A DNA stretch of 64,000 bases from Pseudodesulfovibrio sp. Lineage in GTDB: Bacteria > Desulfobacterota > Desulfovibrionia > Desulfovibrionales > Desulfovibrionaceae. Position 1 is the first letter of the stretch, and every line of letters begins with the position of its first letter. The notes beneath the pieces were generated by a model that saw only the letters and a list, made by a program, of their open reading frames with translations, did no database searches and was not told the DNA's origin. The stretch spans positions 23,660-87,659 of the forward strand of contig NZ_JAQUWN010000004.1 in the NCBI RefSeq assembly GCF_028692895.1, in the 5' to 3' direction. Positions 13,461 to 22,244 of the stretch are shown in pieces. A program made the translations under genes and the position numbers.

Positions 13461-14885
13461 GTGAAATCCGTATGCTTGCCCCCCGCAGGGAATTGTGCTC
13501 TGAATTTTTCCATGTGCGCATCCGCCCCCGGTGGGGCGGCGCAGGACGCCGCCCCGCACCATCCGTTCATGGTTCGGCCCAACCGGACTCTTGTCGGCCT
13601 GGCCGTTCCCGTGCTTTTTTCCCTGGTGGCCGAGCCCCTGACCGGGCTGGCGGACACCGCCTTCGTAGCCCGCATCCCCGGAGCCGAACCCGTGGCCGCC
13701 CTGGGCGTCGGCACCGTGGCCTTTTCCTCCATTTTCTGGGCCTTCGGTTTTCTGGGCATCGGCACCCAGACCGAGGTCGCCCACGCCATCGGCCGGGGCG
13801 ACCGCGACCACGCCGTGAAGCTCACCTCCCTGGCCTGCGCCCTGGCCGCCGGGGTGGGCGTCTTCCTGCTTTTCGGGCTCATGCCCTTCCTGCGCGACCT
13901 CTCCGCGCTGCTCGGCGCGCAGGGGCGGGTGGACGGCCTGGCCCGCGAATACATGTTCTACCGGCTGATGGGCGCGCCCGCCGTGCTCGTCTCCGTGGCC
14001 GCCTTCGGCGCGCTCCGGGGCGTGCAGGACATGCGTACGCCGCTTTACGTGGCCGTGGGCGTCAACGTCGTCAACGTGGTCCTGGACAGGATACTGATCT
14101 TCGGGGCCTTCGGGCTGCCTCCCTTCGGGGTGGCTGGCGCGGCCGTGGCCAGTTCGTTCAGCCAGTGGGTGGGGGCGGCCTGGTCCCTGCTGGTGGTGGC
14201 CCGGCGCATCGGCCTGACCTGGCATATGCGCGGCGCGGGCGCGGGCAAGCTGCTGCGTATCGGCGGCGACCTGTTTGTCCGCACCGGGCTGCTGCTGGTC
14301 TTTATCGGGCTGTGCACCCGGGTGGCCAATCATTTCGGCGCGGATGAGGGCGCGGCCTACCAGGCCATCCGCCAGTTCTTCGTCTTCGCGGCCCTGTTTC
14401 TGGACGCCTTCGCCATCACCGGCCAGAGCCTGGTCGGATATTTTCTGGGCGCGCGCAACGTTGCCCAGGCCCGGCGCGTGGCCGAGGTGGTCTGCCTGTG
14501 GAGCATGGGCACCGGGGCTGTGCTGGGGGCGCTGATGCTGGCGGGGCAGGATTTCGTGGCCTGGCTGCTGGTGCCGCCGTCGGCCATGGGGGAGTTCGGT
14601 CCGGGGTGGGTGGTGCTCTCGCTGTCGCTGCCGGTGGGGGCGCTCTCCTTCGCCACGGACGGCATCCACTGGGGCACCGGCGATTTTCGCTACCTGCGCA
14701 ACGCCATGCTCGCGGCCTCGGCCGTGGGCGCGGCCCACGTCCTGCTCATCGAGCACTTGCACCCGGCGCACGCCATGGTCCACATCTGGCTCGCCTCGAC
14801 CCTGTGGATGGGGCTGCGGGGAGGTTTCGGGGTCATTCGCGTCTGGCCGGGCATCGGCCGGGCCCCGCTCGGTCGGGCGGCATAG
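13461..14885 (+). CDS. MATE family efflux transporter (DinF-like)
   Basis: A 12-TM-type hydrophobic profile with typical MATE N-terminal and GxxxG-rich helices. The start is uncertain: GTG 13461, ATG 13512 or ATG 13569. Only 29 nt would separate 13461 from the divergent cls start. Confidence 0.82.
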   Translation: MKSVCLPPAGNCALNFSMCASAPGGAAQDAAPHHPFMVRPNRTLVGLAVPVLFSLVAEPLTGLADTAFVARIPGAEPVAALGVGTVAFSSIFWAFGFLGIGTQTEVAHAIGRGDRDHAVKLTSLACALAAGVGVFLLFGLMPFLRDLSALLGAQGRVDGLAREYMFYRLMGAPAVLVSVAAFGALRGVQDMRTPLYVAVGVNVVNVVLDRILIFGAFGLPPFGVAGAAVASSFSQWVGAAWSLLVVARRIGLTWHMRGAGAGKLLRIGGDLFVRTGLLLVFIGLCTRVANHFGADEGAAYQAIRQFFVFAALFLDAFAITGQSLVGYFLGARNVAQARRVAEVVCLWSMGTGAVLGALMLAGQDFVAWLLVPPSAMGEFGPGWVVLSLSLPVGALSFATDGIHWGTGDFRYLRNAMLAASAVGAAHVLLIEHLHPAHAMVHIWLASTLWMGLRGGFGVIRVWPGIGRAPLGRAA

Positions 14886-14903
14886 CCCGCCCCGGCCATT
14901 GGC

Positions 14904-15251
14904 CTAGTGTTCGGCCAGGTAGGTGAACATGAAGGCGTAGGCGCTGCGCATTTCCTTTTCCAGGTCTTCGAGGTGGGAGGAAGCCGCCGCGAAATCGCCG
15001 GCCTTGGAGGCGTTCTCCAACTGGAGGCAGCAGTCGCGCACCCGGGCGACGCCCATGGTGGCGGCGCCGCCCTTGAGGGCGTGGGCCAGGTGGCGCAGGC
15101 GCTCCACATCCCCGAGCCGGAGCGCTTCCCTGATTTCCTGAATCCGCTTGGGCTCCTGGGAGATGAAGGTGGTGAACATCCGCTTGAGAAACGGCTGCTT
15201 GCCCGCCATGGACTCCAGGAACCGGCTTTCGACCACTTCGATTCCGTTCAT
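14904..15251 (-). CDS. Hpt domain-containing phosphotransfer protein (single domain)
   Basis: 115 aa from MNGIEVVESRF, with the Hpt signature HLAHALKGGAATMG. The longer upstream extension is Arg/Cys-rich junk. Confidence 0.75.
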   Translation of the reverse strand: MNGIEVVESRFLESMAGKQPFLKRMFTTFISQEPKRIQEIREALRLGDVERLRHLAHALKGGAATMGVARVRDCCLQLENASKAGDFAAASSHLEDLEKEMRSAYAFMFTYLAEH

Positions 15252-15360
15252 ATGTGTACCGCCGATTGCAATCTTGTTGACGAATCGCAACGAACATACT
15301 GCGTCGCCCGGTTTTCGGCAACCGCTTTGGCGTTTTTTTTTGGGTCCTCGGCAACGGCGC

Positions 15361-15392
15361 GAAAAGAAAGGGCGGAACCGAAGTCCCGCCCT
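15361..15392 (-). terminator. terminator after the ACT-domain gene
   Basis: On the minus strand, GGGCGG-loop-CCGCCC is followed by TTTCTTTTC. Confidence 0.5.
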
Positions 15393-15415
15393 TGATTCCA
15401 ATGGGTTGGCCGCCG

Positions 15416-15847
15416 CTAGAGCGCGTAGAGCTTTTCACCGGGCACGATGTTGATGCCGTTTTTCTGGAGCAGCTCAATGCCCTGGTCCGTGCGGTCGAAC
15501 CGGAAGATGAGCACGGCGGAGTCGCCGGACTGCTGGACGAAGGCGTACATGTATTCGACGTTGATGTTGGAGTCCTGAAGCATGCTCAGGATGTTGTGCA
15601 GCCCGCCCGGATGGTCCGGGACCTCGACGGCCACCACCGAGGTGCGGCCCACGGTGAACCCGTTCTCTTTGAGCTTGTCCTTGGCGGTCTCGAAGTCCGA
15701 GACGATGAGGCGCAGGATGCCGAAGTCCGAGGTGTCGGCCAGGGACAGGGCGCGGATGTTGACGCCCGCTTCGGAGAGGATGCGCGTCACTTCGGCCAGG
15801 CGGCCGGCGCGATTTTCCAGGAATATGGAGAGTTGATCGACTTTCAT
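15416..15847 (-). CDS. ACT domain-containing (amino-acid-binding) protein
   Basis: 143 aa, [35 protein letters not shown]. This tandem ACT architecture is typically found downstream of PaaK-like ligases in anaerobes. Confidence 0.85.
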   Translation of the reverse strand: MKVDQLSIFLENRAGRLAEVTRILSEAGVNIRALSLADTSDFGILRLIVSDFETAKDKLKENGFTVGRTSVVAVEVPDHPGGLHNILSMLQDSNINVEYMYAFVQQSGDSAVLIFRFDRTDQGIELLQKNGINIVPGEKLYAL

Positions 15848-15873
15848 GGTGTTCTCCTCGCTGTTGCGGATTG

Positions 15874-17178
15874 CTAGGCTTCTTTCCTCTTGTCGATGAT
15901 GCGTTTGGCCTTGCCCAGGGAACGTTCGATGGCCTTGGGCTCAACCAGTTTCACCTTGGCGGTGACGCCGAGGAATTCCTTGATATTTTTCATTACCTTC
16001 GATTCCACCCGCTGTAAACTCTTGATCTCGTCGGAGAACATGGACTCGTTGACCTCGACCTGGACCTCCAGGGTGTCGAGATTGCCCTCGCGCTCCACGA
16101 TGAGCTGGTAGTGCGGGGTCAGCCCCTCGGTCTCGATGAGGATGGACTCGATCTGCGACGGGAAGACGTTGACGCCCCGGATGATGAGCATGTCGTCCGA
16201 ACGGCCGGTGACGCGCTTCATGCGCATGGTGGTGCGGCCGCATTTGCAGGGGACCGGGTTCAGGACGGTCAGGTCGCGGGTGCGGTAGCGGATGAGCGGG
16301 ATGCCTTCCTTGGTCAGGGTGGTGAAGACCAGCTCTCCTTCCTCGCCGGGGGCCACGGGCTCGCCGGTCTCGGGGTTGATGGTCTCGGCCAGGAAGTGGT
16401 CTTCCTGGATGTGCAGGCCGTCCTGGGCCTCGTGGCACTCGATGGCCACGCCGGGGCCCATGACCTCGGACAGGCCGTAGATGTCTATGGCCGTGATGCC
16501 GAGCTTCTTCTCGATGGCGCGGCGCATCTCGTCGGTCCAGGGCTCGGCCCCGAAGATGCCGATGCGCAGGGGCAGCTCGCGGACGTCGATGCCCATTTCC
16601 ATGGCGGTTTCGGCCAGGAACAGGGCGTAGGACGGCGTGCAGGTGATGACGTCGGGCGCGAAGTCGCGAAGCAGGGTGACCTGGCGGCGGGTGCCGCCGC
16701 CGGAGATGGGCACCACGGTGGCGCCCAGGGTCTCGCAGCCGTGGTGGATGCCGAGCCCGCCGGTGAACAGGCCGTAGCCGTACGCGTTGTGCACGGTGTC
16801 GCTGGCCGAGGCCCCGGCGGCGACCAGGGAGCGTGCGATGAGCTTGCCCCAGTTCTCGATGTCGCGCTTGGTGTAGCCGACCACGGTGGCCGAGCCGGTG
16901 GTGCCGGAGGAGGAGTGGATGCGGACGATCTGTTCCTTGGGAACCGCGAACATGCCGAAGGGATACTGGTCGCGCAGGTCCTGCTTGACGGTGAAGGGCA
17001 GCAGGCTGACGTCCTTCAGGGTCTTGATATCCTGGGGCTTGACGCCCTTTTCGTCGAATTTCTTTTTGTAGAACGGAACGTTGGCGTAGACCCGCTCGCA
17101 CAGGGCCTGGAGCCGCCGGAGCTGGAGTTGTTCCATTTCCTCCCTGGGAAGGGTCTCGTTCTGCACGTCGTAGATCAT
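15874..17178 (-). CDS. phenylacetate--CoA ligase family protein (PaaK-like)
   Basis: Starts at MIYDVQNE with a GAGGAGAA RBS. It carries the adenylate-forming motifs SSGTTG and YGLSE..GPG. Confidence 0.9.
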   Translation of the reverse strand: MIYDVQNETLPREEMEQLQLRRLQALCERVYANVPFYKKKFDEKGVKPQDIKTLKDVSLLPFTVKQDLRDQYPFGMFAVPKEQIVRIHSSSGTTGSATVVGYTKRDIENWGKLIARSLVAAGASASDTVHNAYGYGLFTGGLGIHHGCETLGATVVPISGGGTRRQVTLLRDFAPDVITCTPSYALFLAETAMEMGIDVRELPLRIGIFGAEPWTDEMRRAIEKKLGITAIDIYGLSEVMGPGVAIECHEAQDGLHIQEDHFLAETINPETGEPVAPGEEGELVFTTLTKEGIPLIRYRTRDLTVLNPVPCKCGRTTMRMKRVTGRSDDMLIIRGVNVFPSQIESILIETEGLTPHYQLIVEREGNLDTLEVQVEVNESMFSDEIKSLQRVESKVMKNIKEFLGVTAKVKLVEPKAIERSLGKAKRIIDKRKEA

Positions 17179-17210
17179 CCTGTTCTCCTCGCTTTCGGAC
17201 TCCGGGACGT

Positions 17211-17240
17211 AAAAAACCACGGTCCCGTAAGCCCGTGGTT
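17211..17240 (-). terminator. terminator-like hairpin plus U-tract inside the paaK-like 5' leader (candidate attenuator)
   Basis: The minus strand reads AACCACGG-(10 nt)-CCGTGGTT followed by TTTTTTAC, ending about 33 nt upstream of the paaK-like ATG. There is no upstream minus-strand gene for it to terminate. Confidence 0.45.
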
Positions 17241-17462
17241 CGTCCTTTCGCCTTTGACCGCTATTGTTCCACGAGCATCATATGCTCGTCATAAAGAAGA
17301 AATAGTACGGTGACGGATTCTGTCGCATAGGCGGCACGTTGCCTCATGTTCCGGGCCTCGTCAAGGGGTTTGTCCCGGCGCGCGGGGGCTCTCCGGGGCG
17401 CGAAGCGCTTTGCATTCTCCGGCGAGTTCCTTTACAAATTGACCACGCAACATGGAGGCGAC

Positions 17463-18053
17463 ATGAATTTCAAGGATTTGGTCATCAAGAACAGGACCCG
17501 CCGCGTTTTTGACCAGTCGCGGCCTGTGGACGGGGCGACCCTGGCGGAGCTGGTGGACGTGGCCCGTTACACGCCTTCGGCCAGGAACCTGCAACCCCTC
17601 AAGTACGTGGTCACCGCCGACCAGGCGCAGTGCGCGGAGATTTTTCCGCTGCTCGGCTGGGCGGGCTACCTCAAGGACTGGAAGGGCCCGGCCGAAGGGG
17701 AGCGCCCCACCGGCTACGTGGTCATCCTGCTCGACCGCGACCTGACCGACGACCCCATGGGCGACCAGGGCATCGTCAGCCAGACCATCATGCTGGCGGC
17801 CGTGGAAAAGGGGCTGGGCGGCTGCATCATCGGCACGGTCAACCGCAAGAAGCTGGCCGAATTGCTGGCGCTTCCCGCCAACCTGGACATCCTCCTGGTC
17901 CTCGCCCTGGGCGTCCCGGCCGAGGAGGTCGTGGTGGAACCCCTTCCCGCCGACGGCAAAATCGAGTATTGGCGCACTCCGGACGGCACGCACCACGTGC
18001 CCAAGCGGAGCCTGGGCGAAGTGCTCGTGGCCCAATATCCCCAAAAAGCATAA
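17463..18053 (+). CDS. nitroreductase family protein
   Basis: MNFKDLVIKNRTRRVF...TPSARNLQP nitroreductase signature, with a GGAGG RBS upstream of ATG 17463. Confidence 0.85.
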   Translation: MNFKDLVIKNRTRRVFDQSRPVDGATLAELVDVARYTPSARNLQPLKYVVTADQAQCAEIFPLLGWAGYLKDWKGPAEGERPTGYVVILLDRDLTDDPMGDQGIVSQTIMLAAVEKGLGGCIIGTVNRKKLAELLALPANLDILLVLALGVPAEEVVVEPLPADGKIEYWRTPDGTHHVPKRSLGEVLVAQYPQKA

Positions 18054-18068
18054 CGAATCGACGGACGG

Positions 18069-18440
18069 ATGAACGACAATAAGAAATATCGCGACCTTCC
18101 GGCCCTGGACAAGGCCCGGCTCGTCGCCGCATGGCTGGAGGACAAGCAGGCAGGGAACATCGTCATCATGGACGTTTCGACCATGAGTTCGGTGACGGAC
18201 ATGACCGTGGTGGTCTCGGCGCGCGGCGTGAAGCACGCAAAGGCGCTGGCCCAGAACATCCTGGAGAGGGCCGCCGAGGACAACATCGAATTCCTGCGCA
18301 TGGAGGGCCACCTCGCGGGCGAGTGGGTCCTTCTCGACATGAACGACGTGCTGGTCCACATCTTCCTGGACGAGCTGCGCAGCTTCTACAACCTCGAAGG
18401 CATGTGGGCCGAAGCGCCCCGCGTCGGGCTGGCCGGCTAG
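18069..18440 (+). CDS. rsfS: ribosome silencing factor RsfS
   Basis: 123 aa of the Iojap/RsfS family (DVLVHIF...R.FYNLE.LW). Confidence 0.9.
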   Translation: MNDNKKYRDLPALDKARLVAAWLEDKQAGNIVIMDVSTMSSVTDMTVVVSARGVKHAKALAQNILERAAEDNIEFLRMEGHLAGEWVLLDMNDVLVHIFLDELRSFYNLEGMWAEAPRVGLAG

Positions 18441-18452
18441 GCCGGAGGGATC

Positions 18453-19982
18453 ATGGCCGAACCCAAGAAGACGCTCCTGCTCATCCTGGACGGCTGGGGC
18501 ATCGCCCCGGACGGGCCGGGCAACTGCGTGAAGAACGCGCCCACCCCGCACCTGGACCTGCTCCTGGACTCTTATCCCCACACGAAGCTCGCCTGCTCGG
18601 GCCGGGCCGTGGGGCTTCCGGACGGCTTCATGGGCAACTCCGAGGTGGGGCACATGAACATCGGCGGCGGCCGCGTCATCTACCAGGACATGACCCGCAT
18701 CGACATGGCCATCGAGTCCGGCGAGCTGGCCGGCAACGCGACCCTGGCCGACTTGGTGGCGAAGACCAAGGCGGGCAGCGGACGGCTCCATCTCATGGGG
18801 CTGGTCTCGGACGGCGGGGTGCACAGCCACCAGCGCCACATCGACGCGCTGCTCGAACTGGCCGCCAGGGCCGAAGTGCCCGAGGTCTACGTCCATGTCT
18901 TTCTCGACGGCCGGGACACCCCGCCCGCCAGCGGGCTGGGCTACGTCCGGCAACTCATGGACACCATGGAGCGGCTCGGGACGGGGCGGATCGCCACGGT
19001 CAGCGGCCGGTTCTGGGCCATGGACCGCGACAGGCGGTTCGAGCGCGTGGAGCGCGCCTATCGCGCCCTGGTGGACGGCGAGGGCGTGGACATGGCCGAC
19101 CCCCTGGCCGGCATCCGGGCCTCCTACGACGCCGGGAAGGAGGACGAGTTCGTTGAGCCGGGCGTGGTCCGGGGCGTCAACGGCCGCATCGGCGACGGCG
19201 ACGGCCTTTTCTTCTTCAACTTCCGCGCCGACCGGGCGCGGGAGATCTGCCGGGCCATCTTCGACGGGGATTTCAGCGAATTCGGGCGCAAGCGCGTGCC
19301 GAGCCTCGCCTGTTTCGCCACCATGACGCAGTATGAGAGCACCTTCCCCATGCCCGTGGCCTTCCCGCCCGAGTCCTACGACGACACCCTGGGCGAGGTG
19401 GCCTCGCGTCACGGCCTGAAGCAACTGCGCATCGCCGAGACCGAGAAGTACGCCCATGTCACCTATTTCCTCAACTGCGGCCGCGAGGAGCCCTTTGCGA
19501 ACGAGGACCGGGTCATGATCCCGTCCCCGCGCGAGGTGGCGACCTACGACCTCAAGCCGCAGATGAGCGCCGACGAGGTGGCCGACAACCTCATCGGGCG
19601 GCTGCCGGACTACGACCTCTGCGTCTGCAACCTGGCCAATCTGGACATGGTGGGCCACACCGGGATCATGCCCGCGGCCGAGCAGGCCTGCGTCACCGTG
19701 GACGCCTGCGTGGGGCGCATCGTGGACGCGGTCCTGGCCCAGGGCGGCCGGGTCCTGCTCACGGCGGACCACGGCAACGCGGAGCAGATGCTGGCGGCCG
19801 ACGGCAGCCCGCACACCGCCCATTCCACCAATCCGGTGCCCCTGGTCTACATCGAGGAGGGCAACGGGAAGGCGACGCTCACCGAGGGCCTCCTCGGCGA
19901 CATCGCCCCGACCATCCTCGGGCTGTGGGGCATCGAGCAGCCGGCCGCCATGACCGGCAAGAATCTCATTCACAAGGGGTAG
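18453..19982 (+). CDS. gpmI: 2,3-bisphosphoglycerate-independent phosphoglycerate mutase
   Basis: 509 aa with LLILDGWG, GNSEVGHMNIG and TADHGNAE motifs. Confidence 0.95.
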   Translation: MAEPKKTLLLILDGWGIAPDGPGNCVKNAPTPHLDLLLDSYPHTKLACSGRAVGLPDGFMGNSEVGHMNIGGGRVIYQDMTRIDMAIESGELAGNATLADLVAKTKAGSGRLHLMGLVSDGGVHSHQRHIDALLELAARAEVPEVYVHVFLDGRDTPPASGLGYVRQLMDTMERLGTGRIATVSGRFWAMDRDRRFERVERAYRALVDGEGVDMADPLAGIRASYDAGKEDEFVEPGVVRGVNGRIGDGDGLFFFNFRADRAREICRAIFDGDFSEFGRKRVPSLACFATMTQYESTFPMPVAFPPESYDDTLGEVASRHGLKQLRIAETEKYAHVTYFLNCGREEPFANEDRVMIPSPREVATYDLKPQMSADEVADNLIGRLPDYDLCVCNLANLDMVGHTGIMPAAEQACVTVDACVGRIVDAVLAQGGRVLLTADHGNAEQMLAADGSPHTAHSTNPVPLVYIEEGNGKATLTEGLLGDIAPTILGLWGIEQPAAMTGKNLIHKG

Positions 19983-19986
19983 ATAC

Positions 19987-20229
19987 GTGTCCGAATCCAA
20001 GAAACCGCTGACCCCGGTCAAACCGGCCGGGATGGAGCTGATCTTCCTGTACCCCTGCCCCCACTGCAATCGCGAGGTGCCGCTCATCGCGCCCTCGCGC
20101 CCGGCCATGGCCCAGTGCGACGCCTGCCGGGAGAACTTCCCCATCGTGCCGGTGGACGACCGGACCATCCGCTACATGAAGCTCGTGCTGGCGGGCGGCA
20201 AGGCGGCCATCGACCCCGACTTCCTGTAG
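19987..20229 (+). CDS. hypothetical small zinc-ribbon protein (80 aa, GTG start)
   Basis: CPHC...CDAC four-Cys pattern. It starts 4 nt after the gpmI stop, and a strong hairpin follows it. Confidence 0.5.
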   Translation: MSESKKPLTPVKPAGMELIFLYPCPHCNREVPLIAPSRPAMAQCDACRENFPIVPVDDRTIRYMKLVLAGGKAAIDPDFL

Positions 20230-20252
20230 CGCCGGGATTTCCTTTGCATCGA

Positions 20253-20289
20253 CAAAGGCCGGGCGGACCGCGTGTCCGCCCGGCCTTTG
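20253..20289 (+). terminator. terminator after the gpmI operon
   Basis: 16-bp stem CAAAGGCCGGGCGGAC/GTCCGCCCGGCCTTTG with a 5-nt loop and a weak T tail. Confidence 0.6.
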
Positions 20290-20349
20290 TCGTGCGCGCT
20301 GACGCCCGCGGTCTTCGGCCGTCATTTTCAGGATGGGGAAGGCGCGCAT

Positions 20350-20365
20350 TGGCCCCGCAATTGCT
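20350..20365 (+). promoter_or_regulatory. candidate sigma-54 (-24/-12) promoter upstream of the MCP gene
   Basis: TGGCCCCGCAATTGCT has the correct GG-N10-GC spacing of the TGGCAC-N5-TTGCW consensus and lies 47 nt upstream of ATG 20412. Confidence 0.35.
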
Positions 20366-20411
20366 AGGGATGAAAATCGATACAGCATTTTTCTAGCAAC
20401 GGGGAAGACGA

Positions 20412-22136
20412 ATGAATCGGGTGAAGAAAATGTATCTGGCGGGATATACGACCTTTTTGGCGGTCATGATGTCCTTTGGGCTGGAAGCCGGACCGGCGGC
20501 GGCCGCATCGGACGATCTGACAATTCTGTCAGCGGCCGAAGGCGGCTGGTCGGGGTGGACCGTGGGTGGATTGGCCTTTGGCGGCGGTGCGGCCGTGGTC
20601 GTACTCGCCGTGCTTATGGTCAAGATGAATAATAAAAATAAATTGTTGGCATCTTTTGTCGAAGCTGTTGCCTCCGGCGAAAGGACCGCTTCGCTGCCTG
20701 ATGTCGACCTGAACATTTTTGGAAAAACGGCTCGCGGGCTCAACCGGATTGTCAGGGACATTAGTGAGTTGGAGAAAAAGCTGAAAAACAGCGAAAATGT
20801 GGCCCGCGATGCGGAAAAGCAGGCGTCCTTCGCCCTGGCCCAGGCCGAGCAGGCCCGCGAGAAGGGCGAGGCGGCCCGCTGCCAGGGGCTGCTTTCCGCC
20901 GCCAAGACCCTGGACGTTTCGGTCAAGGGCATCCGCGAGGCCGCTGCCAGCCTGAGCGCCTCCTCGGACAAGGCGCGGGGCGGCGCGGACGATCAGCAGC
21001 GCTACCTGGGCGAGGCGGTTTCCGCCATGGAGGAGATGAACGCGGCCGTGGCCGAGACCGCCGCCAACGCGGAGGCCGCCGCTGGCGACGCCGAGCACGC
21101 GCGCGAGTTCGCCAGCAGCGGGGCCGAGGTCGTGGCCCGCACGGTGGCCTCCATCGCCTCGGTCTCCGGCAATTCGCGCGAGCTGGTGGACCGCGTCGCG
21201 GCCCTGGGCTCGCGCGCCGAGGACGTGGGCCGGATCATGAGCGTGATCTCCGATATCGCCGACCAGACCAACCTCCTGGCTCTCAACGCGGCCATCGAGG
21301 CGGCCCGCGCGGGCGACGCCGGGCGCGGTTTCGCCGTGGTGGCCGACGAGGTGCGCAAGCTGGCCGAAAAGACCATGGAGGCCACCCGCGACGTGGGCGT
21401 GGCCATCGACGGCATCCAGCAGCAGGTGGGCAAGACCATCGACGGCGTGCGCGAGATGGCCGGCCTGGCCGACTCCGCCGCCGGGCTGGCCAACGAGTCC
21501 GGTTCTGCCCTGCAACGGATCGTCGACGTGGCGGGCGACAGCGCGGAGCGCATCCGCTCCATCGCCTCGGCGGCCGCGCAGCAGTCCGTGGCCAGCGAAG
21601 AGGTGACCCGGACCATGACGGCCGTCCACGACATTTCGAGCGCCACGGGCCGGGGCATGGAGGAGGCCGCCCAGGCCACCTCGGAACTGGCCGGGCGGAT
21701 CGACGACCTGACCACCATGACCGACGTCTTCCGCCTGGTGGGAAGCGGCCGGGTCCAGGAGGTCATCGGGGCCCTGGCCACCTCCGCCGACGTGGTCTCC
21801 CGAGAGCGCGAACGCCAGGAAAAGGCCATGCGCCGGGCGCTCAAGGAGAACGCCTTCCTCGAACTGCTTTACATCACCGACGAGGCGGGCCGCCAGACGG
21901 TCAGCAACATCGGCGGCAAGGCCATGGGGTTCTCCGAGGACAAGGGCGCCTTCGGCGCCAACTGGTCCTCCCGGCCCTGGTTCACGGGCGTGGTGGAGAA
22001 CCGCACCTTCTGCATCTCCGACGTGTACGAGTCGTCCGCCTCGGGCGAGAACTGCATCACCGTCTCCTGCCCGGTCCACGACGGCGCGGGCAAGCTGCGG
22101 GGCGTGGTGGCCGCCGACGTCCGCGTGGCGGTCTGA
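20412..22136 (+). CDS. methyl-accepting chemotaxis protein with a C-terminal Cache-like domain
   Basis: Two TM helices separated by a loop of only about 25 aa, then an MA domain ([39 protein letters not shown]). The final ~120 aa (LYITDEAGRQ...WSSRPWF...ISDVYESSASGENCITVSCPV.D..GKLRGVVAADV) resemble Cache. Confidence 0.9.
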   Translation: MNRVKKMYLAGYTTFLAVMMSFGLEAGPAAAASDDLTILSAAEGGWSGWTVGGLAFGGGAAVVVLAVLMVKMNNKNKLLASFVEAVASGERTASLPDVDLNIFGKTARGLNRIVRDISELEKKLKNSENVARDAEKQASFALAQAEQAREKGEAARCQGLLSAAKTLDVSVKGIREAAASLSASSDKARGGADDQQRYLGEAVSAMEEMNAAVAETAANAEAAAGDAEHAREFASSGAEVVARTVASIASVSGNSRELVDRVAALGSRAEDVGRIMSVISDIADQTNLLALNAAIEAARAGDAGRGFAVVADEVRKLAEKTMEATRDVGVAIDGIQQQVGKTIDGVREMAGLADSAAGLANESGSALQRIVDVAGDSAERIRSIASAAAQQSVASEEVTRTMTAVHDISSATGRGMEEAAQATSELAGRIDDLTTMTDVFRLVGSGRVQEVIGALATSADVVSRERERQEKAMRRALKENAFLELLYITDEAGRQTVSNIGGKAMGFSEDKGAFGANWSSRPWFTGVVENRTFCISDVYESSASGENCITVSCPVHDGAGKLRGVVAADVRVAV

Positions 22137-22161
22137 TCCCGGCTTGATTCCGGTTCATCCG

Positions 22162-22193
22162 AACGGGGAGGGCGGTTCGCCTTCCCCGTTTTT
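22162..22193. terminator. terminator between the MCP gene and the convergent DMT gene
   Basis: About 11-bp stem ACGGGGAGGGC/GCCTTCCCCGT followed by TTTTT. Confidence 0.6.
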
Positions 22194-22244
22194 CGTCGTG
22201 TGGGGGCGTGTTGGGCGGAAAGGCCAGCCGGGCCAGGACGGGCG

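Noticed and set aside
15343-15351. T9 homopolymer as a phase-variation tract or plus-strand terminator
   Set aside because: It is intergenic, the adjacent stem is only 5 bp, and no plus-strand gene ends nearby. It is most simply part of the AT-rich spacer after the ACT-gene terminator.
17361-20168. 935-aa ORF on the minus strand
   Set aside because: It is antisense to the nitroreductase, rsfS and gpmI genes, with no recognisable domain and no RBS. This is a high-GC artefact.
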